Origin: Negativicutes bacterium
GTDB lineage: Bacteria; Bacillota; Negativicutes; UBA1444
DNA length: 64,000 nt
Reading direction: 5' to 3'
Assembly (NCBI GenBank): GCA_963665275.2
Contig: CAXXIN010000003.1
Location: forward strand, 1-64,000
This document shows, piece after piece, positions 29,958 through 40,170 of the stretch (position 1 is its first letter; each line of letters begins with the position of its first letter). The notes beneath the pieces were generated by a model. That model was not told the DNA's origin, did no database searches, and was given only the letters and a program-made list of their open reading frames with translations. The translations under genes and the position numbers were made by a program.

Positions 29958-30845
29958 TCACTTTACCTGGGTCAGGTCCATCGCTTCAACGAACTCGACA
30001 AACGCCCGAACAACATTCATTTCCAGGGAGTCCGCGTAGTAAATCATCCAGGATCTGCGCACCAGAGGATTTCCCGTCTTGTCGCACAACATAATTTTAT
30101 GCAAATTATCGGCTTCATTTATAATCCGGCCTGGCATGATCGCATAGCCCAGTCCATAGCGAACCATTTCCTTGCAAGTTGCCAGTTTGTCGACTTCCAT
30201 ACTGATCAGCGGCGCTTGAGCGAACCGTTCCCGCCACCAACGGTCAATCAGTCCCTTGATCAGGGAATCCGACTGATAATCGATGCGCGGCAACTCCGGC
30301 AGCTTTTCCAGGCTGATCGGCTCGGCTGAGGCAACGTAAATCGATTCCTCCATCAGCAGATGCTTCCGATTTTCCCAGCCGTAGTCGGAACTAATAAAGC
30401 CCAAGTGAATCTGCCGTGTATGCACCTGATTAAAAATGTCCTTGCTCCAACCCGTTGTCACCTTGAACTCGACGGCTGGATATGCCTGATGAAAGCTGCG
30501 CAGCAGCGCCGGCAGCGTATACATCGTGAAATAGCTGGACGCACCCAATCTGAGAGTCCCGGCCACATCTTTGTCCAGATTCGACACCTGCTCGCGGATA
30601 CTGCGGATCTTCTGCAGCACTTCTGCAGCAGACCTGGCCAAATAATCGCCTTGGGGCGTGAATTGAACCCCCTTGCTTGTCCGCACTACTATTTTAATAC
30701 CAAAATCTTTTTCAATATGCTGCAACCGCGAAGTGAGCGCCGGTTGTGACATGAACAGCGCCTGGGCCGTTTTCGTGATATTTTTTTGTTCGTGCAGAAC
30801 CTGCAGAATCCGCCAGTCCCACTCTTCCAAACGCTTCGCCTCCAC
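29958..30845 (-). CDS. LysR family regulator, CcpC/CcpE-like
   Basis: HTH NITKTAQALFMSQPALTSRL; TGWS motif as in CcpC; divergent from citD. Confidence 0.88.
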   Translation of the reverse strand: MEAKRLEEWDWRILQVLHEQKNITKTAQALFMSQPALTSRLQHIEKDFGIKIVVRTSKGVQFTPQGDYLARSAAEVLQKIRSIREQVSNLDKDVAGTLRLGASSYFTMYTLPALLRSFHQAYPAVEFKVTTGWSKDIFNQVHTRQIHLGFISSDYGWENRKHLLMEESIYVASAEPISLEKLPELPRIDYQSDSLIKGLIDRWWRERFAQAPLISMEVDKLATCKEMVRYGLGYAIMPGRIINEADNLHKIMLCDKTGNPLVRRSWMIYYADSLEMNVVRAFVEFVEAMDLTQVK

Positions 30846-31018
30846 TGTCGATCTATTCTTATTTGGCTACTTTCGCCTTAACGGAATAAAATTCCTATCG
30901 GGAATCGTTTATCCGCCTAGAAATCTAAAATTTCTATCGGAATGCATCACAGAAATCAATTTTCATCTTATCAGAATATTGGTTATAATTACAGGGAAAA
31001 CTAGGAGGGGATTTAATT

Positions 31019-31306
31019 ATGAATATAATTACCCAAGTCGCACAGGCCGGCACGGTGGAGTCAAGCGATATACTCATCATCCTTGCTCCGGCGACCCCAC
31101 AAAGTGGTATCCAGATTGAACTCTCCACTCCGACCCCGAAACAATATGGGCAGCAGATTCGCAGTCTCATTCAGAATACACTGACTGAATACGGCATTGA
31201 AGCCGTATTGGTGCAGGCGACTGACAAGGGAGCCCTCGACTATACGATCAAAGCCCGGCTCATCACTGCCATCAACAGAGCCTGCGGCCAGAAGGGGGAA
31301 AACTGA
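31019..31306 (+). CDS. citD: Citrate lyase acyl carrier protein (gamma subunit)
   Basis: AGTVESSD (prosthetic-group Ser), DKGALD..IKAR. Confidence 0.95.
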   Translation: MNIITQVAQAGTVESSDILIILAPATPQSGIQIELSTPTPKQYGQQIRSLIQNTLTEYGIEAVLVQATDKGALDYTIKARLITAINRACGQKGEN

Positions 31307-31308
31307 AC

Positions 31309-32184
31309 ATGCAATCAGTTAAATTGCGACGCGCCATGATGTTCATGCCGGGAAATAACCCGGCCATGCTTCAAAATGCCGGGATTTACGGCGCGGATTC
31401 CGTCATCTTCGATCTGGAAGATGCGGTATCCATCCATGAAAAAGATTCGGCCCGCAACCTCGTGTTCCAGGCCCTCACTCATTTTCATTATCCCTGCGAG
31501 GTTGCCATCCGGATCAATCATATTCAGACGCCTTATGGGTTTGGTGATTTGGAATCCGTTCTGCCCGGCAAACCTGATCTGATTCGTCTGCCCAAAGCCG
31601 AGTCAGCCGAAGAAATCCAGACTGTGGATGAAATAATTACACGCATCGAGCGCCAATGCGGCTTCCCGGACGGCAGCATCCGAATGGGCGCCGCGATCGA
31701 AACCGCCAAAGGACTGCGCCAAGCTTACGCCATCGCCAGCGCCAGTCCCCGCATGGAGTTTCTGGCCATCGGCGGCGAGGATTTCATTGCCGATCTGAAA
31801 ACAACGCGCAGCAAGGACGGACGTGAACTGTTCGTCGCCCGCTCGCAGCTGGTCCTGGCCGCGAGGGAAGCCGGAATCCAGGCTATCGATACGGTTTTCG
31901 CTGATGCTAACGATGAAGAAACATTCCTGAGTGAAACCCGGCTCATCAAACAACTTGGCTTCGACGGCAAATCCGTGATCAACCCCCGCCAGGTCCGTCT
32001 GGTTCAGGAAGTTTTTGCACCGACAGAAAAAGAAATTGTCCATGCCCGTCGGGTGCTGGTCGCCTATCAAGACGCTCTCGACCGCAAATCCGGCGTTATC
32101 GCTCTGGACGGGAAAATGATCGACACCCCCATCGTAACAAGAGCTGAGAGAGTTCTTGCCTACGCTGCGGCGGTCAGAAATTAG
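31309..32184 (+). CDS. citE: Citrate lyase beta subunit (citryl-ACP lyase)
   Basis: RRAMMFMPGNNP, FDLEDAV, GFDGKSVINPRQ, GKMID. Confidence 0.95.
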   Translation: MQSVKLRRAMMFMPGNNPAMLQNAGIYGADSVIFDLEDAVSIHEKDSARNLVFQALTHFHYPCEVAIRINHIQTPYGFGDLESVLPGKPDLIRLPKAESAEEIQTVDEIITRIERQCGFPDGSIRMGAAIETAKGLRQAYAIASASPRMEFLAIGGEDFIADLKTTRSKDGRELFVARSQLVLAAREAGIQAIDTVFADANDEETFLSETRLIKQLGFDGKSVINPRQVRLVQEVFAPTEKEIVHARRVLVAYQDALDRKSGVIALDGKMIDTPIVTRAERVLAYAAAVRN

Positions 32185-32197
32185 GGAGGGCGGCACG

Positions 32198-33736
32198 ATG
32201 ATAAACAAAGCAGGCAGACTGATTCCGGAGACTATCTCCGGCTATCCCGTGGTGCGCCCCTACGGCGGACCCTTCGCAGCACAGCCGGTAGGGAGAATGA
32301 CTGGTCCCCGTATCCGCGCTCAACACCCCGCCACCGATAAGCTGCTGCCGTCTCTCGAACAGGCGATTGATGCCTCGGGCCTGAAAGACGGCATGACAAT
32401 ATCCTTCCATCACCATTTCCGCAACGGTGATTTCGTTCTCAATCAGGTAGTAGAAGCCATCGCCCGCAAGAACATCCGGGGCCTGACTCTCGCTCCGAGT
32501 TCCCTGAACGACATCAACGATACGATCTTACCGCATATCGAAAGCGGCGTCATCACCGCAATCGAAACCAGCGGCGCCCGGGGAAAGCTGGGAAAACTGA
32601 TTTCCGCCGGCAAACTGTCCCGCCCGGCGATCATTCGCTCCCATGGCGGACGAGCAAGAGCCATCGAAAGCGGGGACCTGAAAATCGATGTTGCGTTCAT
32701 CGGAGCACCCTGCTGTGACAGGTACGGCAATATCAACGGCGTGGACGGTCCTTCAGCCTGCGGTTCCATGGGATATGCCATGGTCGATGCCGCCTACGCG
32801 GACAAAGTCATCGCCATCACCGACCACTTGGTTCCCCACCCGGCTTTTCCGATCAGCATTCCGCAAACCCAGGTCGATTTCATCGTCGCGCTCGGCAGCA
32901 TTGGCGACCCGGCAGGCATCGCCTCCGGCGCGCTGCGAATTTCGCGCAACCCGCGTGAGCTCCTGATCGCGGAGTACGCAGCTGGGGTCATCGAGCATTC
33001 GGGATATTTTCAGGAAGGGTATTCGCTGCAGCTTGGCAGCGGCGGCGCTTCACTGGCGGCCGCACAATTCATCCGCGAAAAAATGAAAGCCCGCGGCATC
33101 ACAGGCAGCTTCGGGGTCGGCGGTGTCACAGCGCCTTTTGTGGATATGCTGAATGAAGGTCTGTTTTCGGTTCTCTTTGATACCCAGGATTTCGACTTAC
33201 CCTCCATCGAATCGTTAAGAAATAATCCGCGGCATCTGGAAATGTCCGCTTCGTATTACGCCAACCCCAACAGCGGCGGCCCCATTGTCAATAACCTCGA
33301 CGTAGTCATTCTGAGCGCCACCGAAGTGGATGTCGATTTCAACGTCAACGTCATCACTGATTCCAACGGCATCATCATGGGGGCTTCTGGCGGACATTCC
33401 GACACAGCCGCCGGCGCGAAGCTGGCAATCGTGGTTGCGCCTCTGCTGCGAGGTCGCCTGCCGATGGTTCTGGACCGAGTCAATACAATCGTCACCCCTG
33501 GCGAGACCGTAGACGTAATCATCACGGAACGCGGCATCGCCATCAATCCGAATCGAACTGACCTGCGCGACCGACTCAAGGATACCCGCCTGCCGATCCT
33601 GGATATTCACGAGCTGCAGGACATCGCGTACAAAATGTCCGGCAAGCCCGAAACTGTCGAGGTCAGCGATGAAGTAGTCGCCGTGATTGAATATCGCGAC
33701 GGCAGCATCATCGACGTAGTGAGAAAACCTTTATAA
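32198..33736 (+). CDS. citF: Citrate lyase alpha subunit (citrate:acetyl-ACP transferase)
   Basis: ISFHHHFRNGD, RSHGGR, GASGGHSD, EYRDGS. Confidence 0.96.
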   Translation: MINKAGRLIPETISGYPVVRPYGGPFAAQPVGRMTGPRIRAQHPATDKLLPSLEQAIDASGLKDGMTISFHHHFRNGDFVLNQVVEAIARKNIRGLTLAPSSLNDINDTILPHIESGVITAIETSGARGKLGKLISAGKLSRPAIIRSHGGRARAIESGDLKIDVAFIGAPCCDRYGNINGVDGPSACGSMGYAMVDAAYADKVIAITDHLVPHPAFPISIPQTQVDFIVALGSIGDPAGIASGALRISRNPRELLIAEYAAGVIEHSGYFQEGYSLQLGSGGASLAAAQFIREKMKARGITGSFGVGGVTAPFVDMLNEGLFSVLFDTQDFDLPSIESLRNNPRHLEMSASYYANPNSGGPIVNNLDVVILSATEVDVDFNVNVITDSNGIIMGASGGHSDTAAGAKLAIVVAPLLRGRLPMVLDRVNTIVTPGETVDVIITERGIAINPNRTDLRDRLKDTRLPILDIHELQDIAYKMSGKPETVEVSDEVVAVIEYRDGSIIDVVRKPL

Positions 33737-33740
33737 GGAG

Positions 33741-35165
33741 TTGATTTTTTTGGCTCCTGTGACTCTGGAGGATATACTGGCGGCGAGGGAAACCCGCGCC
33801 GCGCTAAGGGAAGAATTAAGGCAGACCTCTGGTCTGCCTATTCTCACCTTTAGCATCAATTGTCCCGGCCCGACGAAAGACAGCGCTTCCATTCGTCGCT
33901 TACTCCGACATGCGGTAGATTGTTTCCGCGAGTTGGCCGCTGCCCGCGATCTTTTTTCTCACGAAGAGCGCTTTTTCTATCCGCCCACCGGCCCCTTCGT
34001 TCTTTTGGCAATTCCGGGAGACGCCACCCTATTCAAACGCCTGGCGGCCCAAATCGAAGATCTTCCCGAATACGGACGCCTGCTGGATATCGACGTCTAT
34101 GGTTCAGACGGGCAGCAACTGTCACGCACTCAGTTCGGCCTCCCTCTGCGCTCCTGTTTTTTATGCGAAGATGATGCGATTACCTGTATGCGACAAGGGC
34201 GTCATACCGCCGCTGACCTGCAGCAAGAATTCCAGCGGCGGCTTGCCACTCTCGCCAATCGGGGCGATGAGCCCTGGCCGCCCCAGGTCTGGGAAACCGG
34301 CCACTGGGCGATCGAAGCCATGCTGATGGAAGCAGCCTGCACTCCGGCGCCCGGCCTCGTCGATCGCGCAAATTCCGGCGCCCACAACGATATGAATTTT
34401 TTCACATTCATGACCAGCACGAGCGCCCTAGCCTCTACCATGACCCGCTGCGCGGCCGCAGGTTGGCACCATATCGGCCCCGCCACCGAGCTATTGCCGC
34501 AACTCCGTCATATCGGTTGCGAAGGGGAGCGTCGAATGTTCCAGGCCACTCGGGGAGTGAATACGCAAAAAGGCCTGGTCTTCCTGATGGGCCTATTATG
34601 TGCTTCCGCAGCCCTGGCACGAAAAAATTCCGCCGTATTGACGGCGGAAGCGATCTGCAGGGGAGTCGCCGGCATTTGCGACGGCATCGTGCAACGGGAA
34701 CTCGCCCCGCTGCTTGAGAAGCTTCCCTCCGGTCGACCTCTCACCGCCGGAGAACGCCTTTACCTCAAATACCAGACCACAGGCATCCGGGGCGAAGCGG
34801 AACGAGGCTTACCTGCAGTACTACAGCACGGGCTCCCCTGTCTGCGTCAGTCGCTGGCGGACGGGCTTTCACTCAACGACGCACTCGTTCATACCCTGGT
34901 TCAGCTGATGGCCGTTGTGGAAGATACCACTATATTGCACCGGCACAATCCGGCTACTTTGCACGAAGTACAAGAACAAGCCAAGCTCATCCTGGGGCTC
35001 GGCGGGATGTTCACCCCCAAAGGAATCGCCGCCATTGGACAACTGGATGTTGACTTTATCAGGCGCTGGATCAGTCCTGGCGGTTGCGCCGACCTGCTGG
35101 CCGCCGTTTATTTTCTGCATCTGGCTGAGACTGCGAACAGCAATATTCTTATTTCAATGCCGTGA
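33741..35165 (+). CDS. citXG: Fused CitX (holo-ACP synthase)-CitG (triphosphoribosyl-dephospho-CoA synthase)
   Basis: N-half ILAARE..PGPTK..GRLLDIDV..RSCFLC; C-half PGLVD..GAHND, GVNTQKG, GIRGE, SPGGCAD. Confidence 0.92.
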   Translation: MIFLAPVTLEDILAARETRAALREELRQTSGLPILTFSINCPGPTKDSASIRRLLRHAVDCFRELAAARDLFSHEERFFYPPTGPFVLLAIPGDATLFKRLAAQIEDLPEYGRLLDIDVYGSDGQQLSRTQFGLPLRSCFLCEDDAITCMRQGRHTAADLQQEFQRRLATLANRGDEPWPPQVWETGHWAIEAMLMEAACTPAPGLVDRANSGAHNDMNFFTFMTSTSALASTMTRCAAAGWHHIGPATELLPQLRHIGCEGERRMFQATRGVNTQKGLVFLMGLLCASAALARKNSAVLTAEAICRGVAGICDGIVQRELAPLLEKLPSGRPLTAGERLYLKYQTTGIRGEAERGLPAVLQHGLPCLRQSLADGLSLNDALVHTLVQLMAVVEDTTILHRHNPATLHEVQEQAKLILGLGGMFTPKGIAAIGQLDVDFIRRWISPGGCADLLAAVYFLHLAETANSNILISMP

Positions 35166-36206
35166 GGCGGAAGTCCTGATCCTTTCCAACACAGAGGCAG
35201 CCGCCGGCGAACGCAGATATTCATAGGTGCTTGCTGGCACCATCTGAGATAAAGCCTCCCATTCGCCTGTCCGGATCATTTCCCGCACTTTGGAGGCGCT
35301 AATCACTTCCCCGCCGACTGACAGGCGGGGAATTATTTTTACGGCCACGCCCAGCGGCGGCAATATCTCTGCCAAGGCCGAATTATACTGCGCCGTTACT
35401 GGGCAGTACGGCTCTTCCCCGACATAACGGGCAACGATTCCCAGCGCTGGCGCTATATAACGGCCAAAGACGGTGGCATCGAGACGCGTCTGTGCGAATA
35501 CGGTATCTTCGCCCCGGGTGAAATATCCGGGAAAAGTGGCGCTGGAAATAATATAGTCGCCTCCTGGAACCACCGCAACATTTTTCAAGTCGACAGTCCC
35601 CTCGCGCACCAGCTGCAGCCTAACATCAAAAGGAAATAGCGAAAGGTCGGACGCCACCACGAACACAACGACTGCTTCATTCTCGGAGGCGGCACGGGCG
35701 ATCACTTCACGGTGCCCGTAGGTGAAGGGATTGCAGTTCACCACCAGCGCCGCCCGCCTTTGCCCCGGCAGTTGCGCGGTCTGTTGCTGCAAATCGCGGC
35801 AGTACTTCTGCACAGAATAGATCCCCATTTCCAGAAGCGCGGCATAAGGCTCCACCCGGGCTATTTCAGTAAAACCGATGCCGGTGAACAGGTTGGCTTT
35901 ATCCGGTTTGGTAAAAACAAAATAATGATTTCTTCCGCGTGCCGTCATCACCTGCATCAAGTGGCTGGCCACCTTGGCCAGCAGTCCTTCTCCCTGCAGT
36001 TTCGCCGACACCGCAACATTGCGAATCACTTTGCCGGCGAACGATCCGGTCGCCACCAGCTCATCATGGCTGTAGAAAGCGACCGTATACTCCACATCCG
36101 TGTCAAACCCCAGATCAAAGCCAGCTAAGAAATCAGCTATTGCTTTGACTTCAGATGAGTTCCCCAGATCAACGATCCTCTCTTCGAATTCAAGCCAACC
36201 GTTCAT
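35154..36206 (-). CDS. citC: [Citrate lyase] ligase, on the opposite strand
   Basis: GNAT-like N-domain, NCNPFTYGH, YIISSATFP, RYVGEEP, ISASKVR. Confidence 0.95.
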   Translation of the reverse strand: MNGWLEFEERIVDLGNSSEVKAIADFLAGFDLGFDTDVEYTVAFYSHDELVATGSFAGKVIRNVAVSAKLQGEGLLAKVASHLMQVMTARGRNHYFVFTKPDKANLFTGIGFTEIARVEPYAALLEMGIYSVQKYCRDLQQQTAQLPGQRRAALVVNCNPFTYGHREVIARAASENEAVVVFVVASDLSLFPFDVRLQLVREGTVDLKNVAVVPGGDYIISSATFPGYFTRGEDTVFAQTRLDATVFGRYIAPALGIVARYVGEEPYCPVTAQYNSALAEILPPLGVAVKIIPRLSVGGEVISASKVREMIRTGEWEALSQMVPASTYEYLRSPAAASVLERIRTSASRH

Positions 36207-36380
36207 AGTGTTCCTCCTGCATCCACTTTCCACTGTGCTCCGCAGCAATGCCCATCACCAATCTTCACTGATTGTTTTCATAATATCATTTTCCTCTGAA
36301 ATATGTATAGCCCCTTGCATAAGCTCCTCAAGCGTTAATCGTTAAACAAGCTATCGAATCGTCAACCTTCGTATTCCTCC

Positions 36381-36426
36381 AAAAACACAAGCTCCTCAGA
36401 TTTTGATCTGAGGAGCTTGTGTTTTT
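36381..36426. repeat. Palindrome family copy / terminator of the GGDEF gene
   Basis: AAAAACACAAGCTCCTCAGAT-tttg-ATCTGAGGAGCTTGTGTTTTT. Confidence 0.75.
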
Positions 36427-37327
36427 ATTGAAAACCATCGACCTGGTTTCTTCCCTTACTCTTTGCATCATGCAACCGATCGTCCGCGGTTTGGATCAGA
36501 TCGCCTGCCTTGTGTTTTTCACAAGTCGCGATACCCGCGCTGATGGTAATTTCTATGTTTGATTCCGTAAAGGGTGTCGATTCGATGAGCGAGCGAATTC
36601 GCTCCGCAAGGGTACAGGCGCCATCACAATCCGTGTTCGGCAAAATCAGCATAAGCGCTCCGCTGCCGAACCGTCCGGCGGTGTCCGACGGGCGCAGGAT
36701 CTGACACATGAGTTGCGCCGCTTCTTCCAGCACAGCATCTCCGATCCGGTATCCATGAATTTCGTTGATTTTTTTGAAATGGTCGATGTCCAGCATTACA
36801 ATGGATAAAGGCGTAACGTAGCGACGCGAACGCTCTATTTCATTTTCCAGCGTATTCATTAAAAAGGTATGATTGTACAGGCCCGTCAAGCTGTCTTTAT
36901 CGACACGGAGTTGAAGCATTTGATTAGCTTCCTCCAATTGTTTCTTCGCAACAAGTAACTGCTCCGTCACGGGGTTGATGGAAGAAACAATTTTGCTTAT
37001 GACTTCGAGCTTTGGAACCATATCGCTCTGTGAGCTTTCCTTGTTTTGCAGAGTAAGTTGTCGCAGATTGGCCTGCAGATATTTCAAAGCGTTTGCCATG
37101 GCCCCCGAATAACCCATATTCACTGTCAGATCCCCTTTTGCCAGGGCGAAGGTAAAGTTGCGGAACTCAAGCAGCATCTCATGCAACTCGGCCACGGCGG
37201 CATCCGAAGAATCAGCAGGCAATGGCGACGGCTGTTGATCAACCAGGGCACTTTTGAGCGCTTTCAGATCACCAGGCGCCATCTCGCTGCTGTGGCTTTG
37301 AAAAGTCATCTGTGATTCCTCCATCAT
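36425..37327 (-). CDS. Degenerate GGDEF-domain protein (active site GSGAL, intact RxxD I-site)
   Basis: DSLTGLYN, DIDHFK, RPSD-TAGRF-GSGAL, AKSKGRN. Confidence 0.88.
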   Translation of the reverse strand: MMEESQMTFQSHSSEMAPGDLKALKSALVDQQPSPLPADSSDAAVAELHEMLLEFRNFTFALAKGDLTVNMGYSGAMANALKYLQANLRQLTLQNKESSQSDMVPKLEVISKIVSSINPVTEQLLVAKKQLEEANQMLQLRVDKDSLTGLYNHTFLMNTLENEIERSRRYVTPLSIVMLDIDHFKKINEIHGYRIGDAVLEEAAQLMCQILRPSDTAGRFGSGALMLILPNTDCDGACTLAERIRSLIESTPFTESNIEITISAGIATCEKHKAGDLIQTADDRLHDAKSKGRNQVDGFQ

Positions 37328-37490
37328 ACTGTTTGTCGGTACCCTCTCTGATCAATCCCGCAATGCTCTACAACAGAGGGATGATATCCATAGGATACAC
37401 TCAAATAAAGCCAATGGCATTATCACTATTGTTTAACAAACGCTCCTGAATCTTGTAAATTTATGTACAAACCGCTAGGTTCGCCAGCGG

Positions 37491-38378
37491 TCAATAAGGA
37501 GCCAATTTCGCGCCATAAGCGCCAAAATCGGTTCCCACGCCAACTTCGCCGGACAGAACTTCCCGCATGAATTTTCCTGTAACATAATTATCTATGCCAC
37601 TGCCGCCCACTCCTTCCAGGAAGAAGGCCGCAAATCCGACAATGAGAACATCATCTCTGCCTTGTGGATCGCCCTGCACAATAGGAATCACAATAATACG
37701 CGGCGAACCCGATCGAACTGTTTCAAAAGTCGCGGTGGGGTCCTGGTTGATTCGATAGGTAACTCCCTGTGAGGTTGGTCCTGAATTATTGCCGGGTTTC
37801 GTAGCAACCAGATCCCCAACCTTCAAAGGAGATTGATATCCCTCTTCGATATCCGTCCGATAAGCGCTAGCGCCGCTGCCGGACAAGGATAATGCACCGA
37901 AGTTTCCAGTGTTGCCGTCGCCTCCGCCGGCCTTTAAAATATAATCTACTCCATACGCCAGCGTTTTCTGTTGCAATCCAAACGGAACGATACCTGTATA
38001 CCCAATAATAACACCGACGTTGGCTCGCGCTTGTGCGCCAACGGTTGACATACCCGGTCCAAATATTTTGGCGAACAATAAATTGACATTGCGTGTGCCT
38101 TGAGCACGGATGCTATTATTGCTGTTGAGCACTTCAACGGCAACACCATCGCCGGCATTGCCGTTGATGGCTGCGTATTGTTTCGCCACTGCAATAGCGC
38201 CTGATGCGTCTGTCGGCAATTCCTGCGCGCCGGCCATGACTGCGACATCCACTGATTTTTGCAACTGCAATCGATTGACATACAAGATCCCCACATCGGT
38301 AACCAACGCGGTTATCCCGGTCATCACTGCCACCATGAGGGCAAAAAGAACCATCACCTGTCCCTTGTTATTCATCAC
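37491..38378 (-). CDS. TadG-like pilus assembly protein
   Basis: KGQVMVLFAL prepilin-like start, DVG...LQKSVD.AVMAGA. Confidence 0.8.
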   Translation of the reverse strand: MMNNKGQVMVLFALMVAVMTGITALVTDVGILYVNRLQLQKSVDVAVMAGAQELPTDASGAIAVAKQYAAINGNAGDGVAVEVLNSNNSIRAQGTRNVNLLFAKIFGPGMSTVGAQARANVGVIIGYTGIVPFGLQQKTLAYGVDYILKAGGGDGNTGNFGALSLSGSGASAYRTDIEEGYQSPLKVGDLVATKPGNNSGPTSQGVTYRINQDPTATFETVRSGSPRIIVIPIVQGDPQGRDDVLIVGFAAFFLEGVGGSGIDNYVTGKFMREVLSGEVGVGTDFGAYGAKLAPY

Positions 38379-38761
38379 TCTGACCTCGCAGTCGTAGACG
38401 CTGAAATTGTGTATGGATTTGATGGCATCAACGAGGAAATAATTGGCGAACTAAAAGTGTGCTGCGTAGACACGGCTACCGCGACAGGCAACCCGGTCGT
38501 TCGAGGAGCCGGGGGCGTTATCGTCACCGCCAGATTTTTCATTGCGGGCATGGTTGCCTGAATTGAGGCTTCGATCGACGCCGTGGTTGCATTGGCATCC
38601 AATGACGCCAGCCTGGCGCCTTCTTTCGAAGCAAAGGTAATATTGATATATGAATTGAAAAAAAGTCCAAATTCGATAATCCCCATCACTAACAGTGCCA
38701 AGATGGGTAATATCAAAGCAAATTCAACAATTGCCTGTCCGCGATTATTCGTTTTCATCAT
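38375..38761 (-). CDS. TadE-like pseudopilin
   Basis: RGQAIVEFALILP, EFG, ASKEGAR. Confidence 0.88.
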   Translation of the reverse strand: MMKTNNRGQAIVEFALILPILALLVMGIIEFGLFFNSYINITFASKEGARLASLDANATTASIEASIQATMPAMKNLAVTITPPAPRTTGLPVAVAVSTQHTFSSPIISSLMPSNPYTISASTTARSE

Positions 38762-38948
38762 TTTATCCTTCCACAAGCTGGAGGTCGAGAATGACATTCT
38801 TTTCGCTTGATATTGGGGGCATTATCAGATTTTAGACAATTTTATTGTAGCACTTTCGCGAAAGTGTTCCATCGCCCGCAAGTCTTATTTCAAGTAGGAT
38901 TTTTGTCCTAATAAAGCTTGATTTGACTATGCGCAAAAAAAAGATGGC

Positions 38949-39611
38949 TTATTGCCAACCATCTTTGCCCTGGAGCGGCACAAACCGACACATGCCCTGC
39001 TCCTCGACCCGAAACCCCTTGTCCGTCCGATGGACCACCAACAATTTTTGCAGAGCTAGACTGCCTACTGGAATCACCAATCTGCCGCCTACGCGCAATT
39101 GTTGTTGCAGCGCCTCTGGTATCACTGGCGCACCCGCTGTCACGACAATGGCGTCATATGGCGCCACAGCGATCCACCCCAGCGATCCATCACCAACATG
39201 AACTTCCACATTTTCGAACCCGCTGCTGTGCAAACGCTCCCGCGCCGTTTCCGCCAACTCCCGCACCACTTCCATCGATATGACCCGGCGCGCCAAGCGG
39301 CTCAGAAGCGCTGCATTGTAGCCGCTTCCCGTCCCAACATCCAGAACCGTTTCCTCTCCAGACAACCGCATCTGCTGCAACATGTCCGCCACCATAAGGG
39401 GTTGGGAAATAGTCTGTCCATAGCCGATGGGTAGCGGATAATTGCCATAAGCGTCTTCGTCCTTCGTGCCCGGAAGGCAAAACCAGTGCCGCGGTACTGC
39501 CGCCATTACGGTTAGCACCCGTTGATCCACAATGTCTCTCTGTGCCAACTGCTCCTCGACCATACGTTCACGCAGCAACTTGGTCCTGGGCGTGTCAAGC
39601 AATTCTTTCAC
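38949..39611 (-). CDS. pcm: Protein-L-isoaspartate O-methyltransferase
   Basis: VPRH, PIGYGQTISQP, VGTGSGY, APYDAIVVTAG, FVPL. Confidence 0.95.
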   Translation of the reverse strand: MKELLDTPRTKLLRERMVEEQLAQRDIVDQRVLTVMAAVPRHWFCLPGTKDEDAYGNYPLPIGYGQTISQPLMVADMLQQMRLSGEETVLDVGTGSGYNAALLSRLARRVISMEVVRELAETARERLHSSGFENVEVHVGDGSLGWIAVAPYDAIVVTAGAPVIPEALQQQLRVGGRLVIPVGSLALQKLLVVHRTDKGFRVEEQGMCRFVPLQGKDGWQ

Positions 39612-39656
39612 TTTCAGCCCCTCCCTCAGATCAGCGAGAAAATGATCCGCTATGAG

Positions 39657-39881
39657 CTATGAGACCGTCCATTTCCTTATCTCGCCTTCACGCGTCCCCG
39701 CATCAGGTCCGCGGAGAATTCGACGCCCCTTACTCCGTGCGATTACCTCCTCCAGGTTTTTGGGGGGGCTCGCGTCCTCCTCCTCAATCAAGATAAAGAC
39801 GTCAACTTCTCTACAAACCCTATAAAGCAAAATCCAAACCACAGCAGCCAATCCTAACAAAAAAAATTGCACTATATTCAA
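39657..39881 (-). CDS. Small single-TM hypothetical protein
   Basis: TTG start after AGGAAGG; N-terminal TM, charged tail. Confidence 0.5.
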   Translation of the reverse strand: MNIVQFFLLGLAAVVWILLYRVCREVDVFILIEEEDASPPKNLEEVIARSKGRRILRGPDAGTREGEIRKWTVS

Positions 39882-40170
39882 AGCCTTCCTACTCCCTTCC
39901 TCGTTGAATTTTTGCAGGATAACCATAATCGGCGCTCCACTTTATAATAGTAAGCTCCGGAAAAATCAAATGCATTCTCACGATTGTCTAATCTTGCGGA
40001 GTTTTCGTGCGTGATTTTTATAATTTTTGATGCGATTGCAGTTTTTCTTCACAGAAAAAAAGCTCCCGAGGCTGAAACCCCAGAAGCATCTATTTCATTG
40101 CAGGATATTGTCCATAATACGTGGAATGAATTCATGCTGCATCCGTAATGAATCCAAAAGGAGGAACTGC

